A DNA stretch of 64,000 nucleotides from a virus. Made by a program: the position numbers and the translations under genes. The notes below the pieces were generated by a model that saw nothing but the letters and a program-made list of their open reading frames with translations, did no database searches and had not been told where the DNA came from. Shown here in pieces: positions 17,782 through 25,121 of the stretch. The stretch's first letter is position 1. Each line of letters starts with the position of its first letter. Location of the stretch: positions 14,364 to 78,363 of IMG/VR virus record IMGVR_UViG_3300027759_000074. One strand, given 5' to 3'.

Positions 17782-19411
17782 CTGTTGCCCCTTGTGTAGT
17801 TGTTTCGTTGGTTTCGGTTTCTTCTTCTTCGTCAATCTCTGCTTGTAATTCGTCTGCGTCATCTTTATGGCATAACTTTCCGTTGCTTAGTTCGTGAATG
17901 TCATCTTCGTGGGCGTAGTTGTTGCCCTCGCTGTCCTCATAGTCCAATCGCTTAGCATAGCTTTCATGTATAAAGCCCATTGAAGTATGTACTAAATCAT
18001 CTATGTGGTAATACTCATCTGACGCTTCGCATGGGTATATGTCGTTTTCACTTAAATAATTGCTGTCGTAGTATTCATCACTCGCATAAATAGCATTATC
18101 GCTGTGGACGTAGTATTGATCGCCATTACGCCCATAAACGTAAGTATAATCATTACCCAAACAATTCTCACAAACATGGCGGTCTGTGTCCTCAACGTAT
18201 TCTATATCGTCCTCGTCCACGTTGTCCCCGCATTCGTCACAAGTCCATTCTTCAACGTTGGACGTCCACCCGTTTGTATTCGCTAGATCATATTCGCCGT
18301 CACCTATGACTAAATAAGTTTTCCCGTCTATGTTCTCGGGGTCTGCTGTTTGGCTTCCGCCGTTCCCGTAGTCAATATATGGGGTCATAAAAACGTCATC
18401 TTCATTGGGGTGTGGTACACCTAGCAATAAACACCCGTTAAGGTTTGTCTGCTTTTCATAACCTAGATTTTTTAATGTATCCAACATGAAACGCCCCTCT
18501 GCGTGTCCGTTTGGGTCGGGGTAAACTCTGATATATCCCTTTGATGCGTCCCCCGTGTCGTCATAGTTGTTTTGAGTTCTAACTATTGCACGGGCTATGA
18601 CTGCGCCACCTTCCAACATATAAGCCAATTTTAAAACGCTCTTTTCGTGGGCGTACACTTGCACCGCTTTTGAGTTGGTCATACATGAATTAAATCTCTC
18701 GCCCTGTCCGTAGATATTCACCCACCCCGTGCCGTCTGTGCTTTCAATAAAGCGTACTTCCCACCCCGCTTGTGCTTGTACCCGTGCGGTGTGTGCTTCT
18801 GTAATGCTTTTAATTTCTAGGTCTGTGAGTTGTATTTCTTCTTTAAACTGCGTTAGATATTTTCCTAGTTTGGTTCTAACTTCCCGCCCCTGTCTAAAAT
18901 GATCTAAGTTCGGATAGTAAGCAATTAACATAGGGGACATGAGCGAATAATGGACGTTATGAAGTGAGTGCAAGTTGTTAAGTTTTGATAGTTTGTCGGT
19001 GTCATTCATGCCATACTTAACCCAATCTAGTTTTTCCCATTCACCCGTTTTGAATTTCTGTCTTATATCTAATACACGGGGCTCTATTCTTTTAAGTATC
19101 TCGTCCCGTATGTGATGCGTTAAATAATTAATATAGTTTATGACACTTTCGGGGGACGCCTTCCTAGCGTCTTTTACTTTCGCCCGTTCTATTGCGAGTG
19201 AGTGCCCGTTTAATTTAAATTCTTTAGCCGTTGCCTTGTGACTAAAATTAATACGGGGCTCTTTTGTTTTTGCTTTTAGTTGGTCTTGCATAAAGTTTTT
19301 TATATCATATCGGGCGTACCCGTCTTTGATTAGTCCGCTAAACGTGACAAGGTGCGGGGGTATCGGTCTTACTAGGTTTCTAACTGCGTTGAGTTGGTGT
19401 GTGTTTAACAT
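17768..19411 (-). CDS. Large early protein with SCM motif and acidic Zn-ribbon-like C-terminal repeats
   Basis: FNSCM, ARAIV, IRVY, PYID; then CDECGD..VCENC and a D/E/Y-rich tail. Confidence 0.6.
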   Translation of the reverse strand: MLNTHQLNAVRNLVRPIPPHLVTFSGLIKDGYARYDIKNFMQDQLKAKTKEPRINFSHKATAKEFKLNGHSLAIERAKVKDARKASPESVINYINYLTHHIRDEILKRIEPRVLDIRQKFKTGEWEKLDWVKYGMNDTDKLSKLNNLHSLHNVHYSLMSPMLIAYYPNLDHFRQGREVRTKLGKYLTQFKEEIQLTDLEIKSITEAHTARVQAQAGWEVRFIESTDGTGWVNIYGQGERFNSCMTNSKAVQVYAHEKSVLKLAYMLEGGAVIARAIVRTQNNYDDTGDASKGYIRVYPDPNGHAEGRFMLDTLKNLGYEKQTNLNGCLLLGVPHPNEDDVFMTPYIDYGNGGSQTADPENIDGKTYLVIGDGEYDLANTNGWTSNVEEWTCDECGDNVDEDDIEYVEDTDRHVCENCLGNDYTYVYGRNGDQYYVHSDNAIYASDEYYDSNYLSENDIYPCEASDEYYHIDDLVHTSMGFIHESYAKRLDYEDSEGNNYAHEDDIHELSNGKLCHKDDADELQAEIDEEEETETNETTTQGATDENN

Positions 19412-19412
19412 A

Positions 19413-19508
19413 TTAGAAGCCCCCCATGATTAAAGTTAAAAAGCACCAAAAAGAAAATAAACACCATATCAAAAAGAAGCCATACCCGATTAATTTTAAC
19501 TTGCTCAT
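19413..19508 (-). CDS. Micro membrane protein (31 aa, not in track)
   Basis: MSKLKLIGYGFFLIWCLFSFWCFLTLIMGGF; ATGA overlap and G-rich SD. Confidence 0.5.
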   Translation of the reverse strand: MSKLKLIGYGFFLIWCLFSFWCFLTLIMGGF

Positions 19509-19666
19509 AGATAACCCCCCATTAATAACGCTAACACCATGCACCCGAAAAGAGTTCCCGCAATAATACCAAGCCCGATCATAAAGCCGTCAATGTCTTG
19601 TTGGCGTTTCATTTGTCTTATACGTCCTAGTTCTTCGTATCTTTTTTCTAGTCTAGTTAGTCTCAT
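19505..19666 (-). CDS. Small membrane protein (53 aa, not in track)
   Basis: MRLTRLEKRYEELGRIRQMKRQQDIDGFMIGLGIIAGTLFGCMVLALLMGGYL. Confidence 0.55.
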   Translation of the reverse strand: MRLTRLEKRYEELGRIRQMKRQQDIDGFMIGLGIIAGTLFGCMVLALLMGGYL

Positions 19667-20045
19667 TTTGATTTTCTTCCTCGTTTTGTTCTCGTGTGAT
19701 GAGTTCGTTTAATGCTTGGTTGATTTGAGTTGATGCGATTAAGTCTAAAAGGGTTGGGGGTTGTTTGTCCCCGTGTTTAATTGCGTGTTCGGCTCTTAGG
19801 TTGTTTTCAAGTTCCCTTGCGTAGTTTTCTGTTTGTTTCATATCGTGGGGCGTTGCGTTGTAGAAGTATTTAACACCGATTTGATGCCCGTTTATTGTAA
19901 TGCTTCCGCCGTTGGCTTCGTCAAAAAAGGTTTTGCCTTGTGGTGTTTGTGTCACTTCATAACTTTTGGTTGGTCTTATCTCGTTGCGTAGTGCTTCGAT
20001 CATGTCAAAGCGTTGTGCTTCTGTTGATAGGTTTGAGTTTTCCAT
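19653..20045 (-). CDS. Early hypothetical protein
   Basis: SD AAGGA. Confidence 0.6.
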   Translation of the reverse strand: MENSNLSTEAQRFDMIEALRNEIRPTKSYEVTQTPQGKTFFDEANGGSITINGHQIGVKYFYNATPHDMKQTENYARELENNLRAEHAIKHGDKQPPTLLDLIASTQINQALNELITREQNEEENQNETN

Positions 20046-20057
20046 GGTTTGTTTTCC

Positions 20058-20426
20058 TTAGTTGGTTTGAAATTTTTGTTGTTGTGCTTTTATTACTCTA
20101 AACAATGTCGGCTTGATGTCATCTGGATTTAATACGATTGAAGCGTTATCGTACTGCTCCCAATAAGTCCCGAAGCGTTGCGCCCATTCATTTAGTGTTG
20201 GGTGTATGGGTTCGGTCGGTCTAAACTCGCCGTAAGTGTCATAAACAAATAGATCGGCGTTCAACATATCTTCACTAGATATAAATAAAAGTCCGTCACG
20301 TTCAAAGGCGTTGGGCTTGGCATAATCTTCCGTGAAATCTTTTGTTTCTTTGTCCCATTTAAAATACTTAATAGAGGGTAGTAGATCAATGAGTTCTTGT
20401 GCGGTTGCGTGTGGTTGCTTAGTCAT
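20058..20426 (-). CDS. Early hypothetical protein
   Basis: SD AAAGG; downstream of the promoter at 20501-20530. Confidence 0.6.
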   Translation of the reverse strand: MTKQPHATAQELIDLLPSIKYFKWDKETKDFTEDYAKPNAFERDGLLFISSEDMLNADLFVYDTYGEFRPTEPIHPTLNEWAQRFGTYWEQYDNASIVLNPDDIKPTLFRVIKAQQQKFQTN

Positions 20427-20500
20427 AATGTGCCTTTCGTTAAGTTGCTTAAAATTTAATCAGTTGTTAAGTGGTGCTTTTTTCTGTGTTGCTGTGCGTG

Positions 20501-20530
20501 ATTATAATTCGGCGTTTTCTGTTTGTGTAA
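20501..20530 (-). promoter_or_regulatory. Early promoter TTACAC-N18-TATAAT
   Basis: Perfect -10, AT-rich UP-like region, AGCAACACA downstream. Confidence 0.6.
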
Positions 20531-20617
20531 TTTATTTTATGTTCGTTGGGTTAAATAAGAAAAGGGCTAAGCATAAACCATGCCAAGCCCCCCAAATATA
20601 ACCTTGCTCCCGTGTGC

Positions 20618-20830
20618 CTAGTTTGCGACAGCTTGGGACGCCGTTTTATATAGTTTTAAGCCCAATAGCCCGATAACCAAAAAGAAAAGCGATAAGCCCC
20701 AATTTTCCCCGTGATGTATAGCTAAACAAAAACCCGATATAAAAAGGCTCAAGGTTGGAATGAGTGCTAAGTAGATGTTAAAAAGTTTTAATGCTGTTTT
20801 GCTTGGTTTGTTTGCTGTTGATGTGTTCAT
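20618..20830 (-). CDS. Two-TM early membrane protein
   Basis: Two hydrophobic segments; SD AAGGGA. Confidence 0.55.
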   Translation of the reverse strand: MNTSTANKPSKTALKLFNIYLALIPTLSLFISGFCLAIHHGENWGLSLFFLVIGLLGLKLYKTASQAVAN

Positions 20831-20872
20831 GTTTAATTTCCCTTTGTTGTTTAAGTTTTATTGTGTTGCTAT

Positions 20873-20902
20873 CTGATAAACGTTTAATTTTTCCGAATGT
20901 AA
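20873..20902 (-). promoter_or_regulatory. Early promoter TTACAT-N18-TATCAG
   Basis: Same spacing as the other two; followed by AGCAACACA. Confidence 0.4.
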
Positions 20903-20943
20903 GGCTTTTCTGTGTTTATTTTGTTTTATTTTGTTTTATTTTG

Positions 20944-21305
20944 TTAAGTGCTTGATTTTAAACGTGTGTCCATGTGTCCACTTCATAAACTATACTCATT
21001 ATGCTTGGTCACAGGCTTTGTGGACTAAGTTGGTGTTCGTAAGTCTTTGTTTTATATATATAATATATTATTTATTATTATTATTAGTTGTCTTGTGCCC
21101 ATGTGCCCACTACTTATGCAGAGTGAAGACTGCGGGGTTTTTACACTTGCGAGGTGACACGAAGCCCTACCAAGTTTTCCAAGTTTACCCCCCGCCCCCT
21201 ATGTTTAAACGTGGACACAACGGACACAAACGTTATTAATCAAAGACTTAGCTTAAATTAGTGGACACAAGAATGGACACCAAGTCGCACCAAGTGGACA
21301 CAAGG
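20944..21305. repeat. Inverted GTGGACAC iteron-like arms with IHF-consensus sites around an AT-rich core; candidate replication origin
   Basis: 20944-20981 is an imperfect reverse complement of 21211-21251. WATCAANNNNTTR matches at 20945-20957 (minus) and 21238-21250 (plus). AT-only tract at about 21050-21086. Confidence 0.65.
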
Positions 21306-21330
21306 TCAAACGGGGTTAGGTCGGGGCTTA

Positions 21331-21428
21331 CTTAGTGGACGCAGTTGGACTTAGTTGGACGAAGTGACGCAGAAAAGGACGCAGTTGGACAAAATTGGAC
21401 TTGGTTTTGACTTGGTGGACTTAGCGAC
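21331..21428 (+). repeat. 10-bp phased GGAC tandem repeat
   Basis: GGAC ends at 21340, 21350, 21360, 21380, 21390, 21400 and 21420; unit approximately nnAGTTGGAC. Confidence 0.8.
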
Positions 21429-21634
21429 CCCACCCGTACCCGACCACCCCAAATTTAGTTGGGACTCCGTGGACTCTGTTTACACTTGAATTCGCACAAA
21501 TAGTAGGCAAAAAGTTCAAAATCTATAGGAAACACCCCCCGTCACTCAAATAAAGGGCATTCTAAAAAAATTTTTATAAAAAAATTCTGAAATATCAGGG
21601 AGTTAACTGCAAAAAGTGCATGAAACTTTAATAA

Positions 21635-21964
21635 CTACGCGGAAAAAGAAGATCCACAACCACATGTACTAGTTGCAGCGGGGTTTTTTATTTCAAAACC
21701 TGATGTCATTAAAGAAGTATTGTAACTTATAACCGATCCAGTTAGGTATTGCATACTATGTGCGTCTACAAGAAGGGATACTTCGTCCTGAACCACTATA
21801 AAGTCATCTTCGTTTTGAGTGTCGTCAAAAGTAAAACCGTATTGAAACCCAGAACAACCACCACCGGATACATAGATTCGTAGTTTAAGTCCTTTGACTT
21901 CTTCATCTGCTAACAGATCTTTTATTTTTACTATTGCAGAGCTTTCTAGGGTTATTGGATTCAA
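21635..21964 (-). CDS. erpA: A-type Fe-S cluster carrier/insertion protein (ErpA/IscA/HesB)
   Basis: LRIYVSGGGCSGFQYGFTFD and NPAATSTCGCGSSFS signatures. Confidence 0.93.
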   Translation of the reverse strand: MNPITLESSAIVKIKDLLADEEVKGLKLRIYVSGGGCSGFQYGFTFDDTQNEDDFIVVQDEVSLLVDAHSMQYLTGSVISYNTSLMTSGFEIKNPAATSTCGCGSSFSA

Positions 21965-22305
21965 ATTGCTTTAGGATCGAAGTTGTAGAGCTCGGAGTAA
22001 ACGTCTTTAATCTTAAGAAACTTCTCGCCGTGCTGATCAAAGTCATCGTCGCCCTTATAATAGAGGTGTAAATGTATCATTTCATGAAGCAATGTCTGAA
22101 AAATGGTTATAAAGTGACCACAAGACCCAGAACTTATTTCAATAGCCATGTCCACTTCGTCAAAACATCCATAAATGCCAGGGTTCTTAATGACACGAAA
22201 GGTAACTTTGTTAGATTTAGGCATCTTTAATTTATTAAAAGGGGGTAGTTGACAAGCCATGTTATATAGTATCTCAAGGTTTTTCTTAGTCAACGTAGTT
22301 TTCAA
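21961..22305 (-). CDS. SprT-like zinc metalloprotease
   Basis: TLLHEMIH followed by HGEKF. Confidence 0.75.
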   Translation of the reverse strand: MKTTLTKKNLEILYNMACQLPPFNKLKMPKSNKVTFRVIKNPGIYGCFDEVDMAIEISSGSCGHFITIFQTLLHEMIHLHLYYKGDDDFDQHGEKFLKIKDVYSELYNFDPKAI

Positions 22306-22709
22306 AAGGTAAACTCCTTGTAGATCATAATTCGATTAGGTTCTACTCTAACTGGGCTCTTACTAGGCTGTTCTTTGGGTAGTCTTGGTTCAAACAAAGC
22401 AGGGTTATAAAATTCAGTAGACTTAGATTGAGGGAAGTACACCTTAACAGCTTTGAACCTATCTATGATATCCATAGTCCAACAACCTTCGTGATTAGCT
22501 TGACCCAGTTTAATAACGTAAGCTGCATAAGGATAGCCCTTCAAACCCATCTTTGTATACTCACAAGGTTCTCTAGTCAATACAACTTCACCCGATGGGG
22601 TCTTTACAAAGAATTCTTTTATCTCGTCAGCACGAGCATCTTCAATAGGCCACATAGCAACCCACCAAAGTAGAATCCCTGCAACACCAATTGTAAATAA
22701 ATCTTTCAT
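22302..22709 (-). CDS. Exported hypothetical protein
   Basis: Hydrophobic N-terminus ending ARA-D (signal peptidase-like site); Cys pair. Confidence 0.6.
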   Translation of the reverse strand: MKDLFTIGVAGILLWWVAMWPIEDARADEIKEFFVKTPSGEVVLTREPCEYTKMGLKGYPYAAYVIKLGQANHEGCWTMDIIDRFKAVKVYFPQSKSTEFYNPALFEPRLPKEQPSKSPVRVEPNRIMIYKEFTF

Positions 22710-22729
22710 ATGACTATTATACTAAAGAC

Positions 22730-22758
22730 TTGCAAAAATCTTTGAAACACTATATATT
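22730..22758 (+). promoter_or_regulatory. Sigma70-like promoter for the packaging operon
   Basis: TTGCAA-N17-TATATT upstream of 22803. Confidence 0.55.
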
Positions 22759-22802
22759 ACAGGAATAGCTGCAAATAATTTCTAGGGTGTAATCAGCGAC
22801 AC

Positions 22803-23423
22803 ATGTCAAATGAAATATCGAAACAATCAGACGTTAATGAGGACGAGCATTTCCATGCGGTTCTTATACCTACCATAGAGAACGACGTCCCAATCCCTAA
22901 GAATTCAAAAGAAGCTCTACCTGAAATGACTATTAATGAAGAGTTAAACATCAGGGCAGAAACTATAAAAGCAGTAGCAGATATAAAAGGTGAAGACATA
23001 AAGCCCACGTACTCTAATATAAAAGACGCAGAAGACCTAGCAAAAGAAATGATGAAGAACCCTCTACTTAAACCTGAGTTTGATAAGTATCCAAATGAAA
23101 CGATGGCGTTCTTAGCTGGCTTAGTGGGACAGACTCAATGTATGTTAACAGAGCAGTTAGCGGATTTTAAATTGTATGTATTAAATAGACTTGTTGAGAT
23201 CGTAGAAAAAACTGATAACCCAAAAGAAAAAATAGCAGCGCTAAGATCTATAGGTGAGATTGATGGCGTCGATGCGTTTAAGAAAAAGACAGAAGTTACG
23301 CATAAAGTTGAGTCGATGGAAGAAGTTGAAAAAGAATTACTAAGTATGTTAGCTGAGTTAAAAGAGAAAGGCTTAGTTAAAGAAAAAGAAGTGATCGATG
23401 CGGAAGTTGTAAAAGATGAGTGA
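22803..23423 (+). CDS. Probable terminase small subunit
   Basis: Helical protein overlapping the start of terL; positional inference. Confidence 0.55.
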   Translation: MSNEISKQSDVNEDEHFHAVLIPTIENDVPIPKNSKEALPEMTINEELNIRAETIKAVADIKGEDIKPTYSNIKDAEDLAKEMMKNPLLKPEFDKYPNETMAFLAGLVGQTQCMLTEQLADFKLYVLNRLVEIVEKTDNPKEKIAALRSIGEIDGVDAFKKKTEVTHKVESMEEVEKELLSMLAELKEKGLVKEKEVIDAEVVKDE

Positions 23424-24951
23424 GGAAAAGTTAACGCCTGAAAAAGTAGCGTTACTAGAAGCAAACTTCTCTGAGTTAACAGATGCACAAAAAGTTAAAG
23501 CACTTAATGCACTACGTATATATAAGAAGCATGCAGTACAAGAACATGGGGCAGAACATTTTTTAGACTTTATTCAGCATGTATACCCTGGTTACATTAT
23601 AGGAGACCATCATAGAAAACTTGCAAAAATATTTGAAGACATTGCTAACGGAAAGAAAAAAAGAGTTATTGTCAACATTGCGCCTCGCCATGGTAAATCG
23701 GAACTTATCTCCTATCTTGCGCCAGCATGGTTCCTTGGTAAATTTCCTCACAAGAAAATTATTATGGCGTCTCACACAGCTGATCTGGCGGTTAACTTTG
23801 GCCGTCGTGTGCGTAACTTGGTGGGCAGTGACGCGTATAAAGACATTTTTCCGAAAGTAGAGTTACAAGCTGATAGCAAATCCGCATCTCGTTGGGGTAC
23901 TAATTTTAACGGCGAGTACTTTGCTATCGGTGTTGGGGGTGCTCTGGCTGGTCGCGGCGCTGATTTGTTTATCATTGACGATCCTCACTCAGAACAGGAT
24001 GCGAAGACAGGACGTTCGGATATTTTTCTTCCGGCTTGGGAGTGGTTTCAGTCTGGTCCTATTCAGCGTCTTATGCCAGGTGGAGCTATTATTGTAGTCA
24101 TGACTCGGTGGAGTAAGCTGGACTTAACGGGACAAATCGTTAACCAGATGGTAAAGCAAGAAGGCGTAGATGAATGGGAGCTAGTTGAGTTTCCCGCAAT
24201 CATTGAAAATAAAGCCGGAGAGGAAGCGTCGCTTTGGCCTGAGTTTTGGCCGCTTGAAGAATTACAGGCAAAGAAAGCCGCACTAGATATTAGGTATTGG
24301 AACGCTCAGTATTTACAAAATCCAGTGTCAGAAGAAGGTGCACTAATTAAAAGAGAGTGGTGGAAGATGTGGGAGAAAGAAGACCCTCCACATTGTGAGT
24401 TTACTATTATGTCGTTAGACGCGGCACAAGAGGCAAATACTAGAGCCGACTACAATGCGTTGACTACGTGGGGAGTATTTTTCAACGAAGAAACCAACAA
24501 TTATAATATAATACTATTAAATTCAATTAAGAAGCGACTAGAGTTTCCAGAGCTTAAAGAGCTAGTACTTGAAGAGTACAAAGATTGGGAACCTGACGCA
24601 TTTATAGTAGAAAAGAAATCTAACGGCGCTGCACTCTATCAAGAGATGAGAAGAACAGGTGTGCCACTTGGTGAGTTCACACCAGGCAAAGGACAAGATA
24701 AAATTTCTAGGGTTAACGCAGTATCTGACTTATTTAGAAGTGGTGTGGTTTGGGCTCCTGATAGACGATGGGCTCACGAGGTTATCGAAGAATGTAATGA
24801 CTTCCCAGCAGGAGCTAATGACGACTTAGTGGACTCAACAACCATGGCACTTATGAGGTTCAGACAAGGCGGGTTTATTAGATTACCTAATGATGAGCCT
24901 GAAGAGATACAAGGATTTAGAAGTTCTAGAAATAGGTTGTACGCAGTGTAA
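23416..24951 (+). CDS. terL: Terminase large subunit
   Basis: APRHGKS Walker A, IIDDP Walker B, MTRW, SLDAA and NDDLVDS nuclease motifs. Confidence 0.95.
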   Translation: MSEEKLTPEKVALLEANFSELTDAQKVKALNALRIYKKHAVQEHGAEHFLDFIQHVYPGYIIGDHHRKLAKIFEDIANGKKKRVIVNIAPRHGKSELISYLAPAWFLGKFPHKKIIMASHTADLAVNFGRRVRNLVGSDAYKDIFPKVELQADSKSASRWGTNFNGEYFAIGVGGALAGRGADLFIIDDPHSEQDAKTGRSDIFLPAWEWFQSGPIQRLMPGGAIIVVMTRWSKLDLTGQIVNQMVKQEGVDEWELVEFPAIIENKAGEEASLWPEFWPLEELQAKKAALDIRYWNAQYLQNPVSEEGALIKREWWKMWEKEDPPHCEFTIMSLDAAQEANTRADYNALTTWGVFFNEETNNYNIILLNSIKKRLEFPELKELVLEEYKDWEPDAFIVEKKSNGAALYQEMRRTGVPLGEFTPGKGQDKISRVNAVSDLFRSGVVWAPDRRWAHEVIEECNDFPAGANDDLVDSTTMALMRFRQGGFIRLPNDEPEEIQGFRSSRNRLYAV

Positions 24952-25112
24952 TGTTTGTTTACAAGATTAAAAGGTTATTTGGTGGAAGAAGACGCTACGT
25001 AAAGACAAGGGTGTCAGATAAGAATAAAAGAAGAAACCAACAAATTAAAAGTTTAAGAAGAGTTTGGTTTTGGCACGAAGATAGATGGAATCAAAGACAC
25101 GGAATTAACTAA
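24951..25112 (+). CDS. Small basic protein (53 aa, not in track)
   Basis: TAATG coupling to terL; MFVYKIKRLFGGRRRYVKTRV...; fills the gap to the portal gene. Confidence 0.5.
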   Translation: MFVYKIKRLFGGRRRYVKTRVSDKNKRRNQQIKSLRRVWFWHEDRWNQRHGIN

Positions 25113-25121
25113 GGATAAAAA

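Noticed and set aside
20931-21239. 102-aa plus-strand ORF
   Set aside because: Low-complexity translation across repeats and the AT tract, no SD, antisense to the early operon.
21331-21428. CRISPR-like or mini-array
   Set aside because: Units are 10 bp with no unique spacers, and there are no cas genes. The Cas4-like nuclease is an ordinary phage exonuclease 14 kb away.
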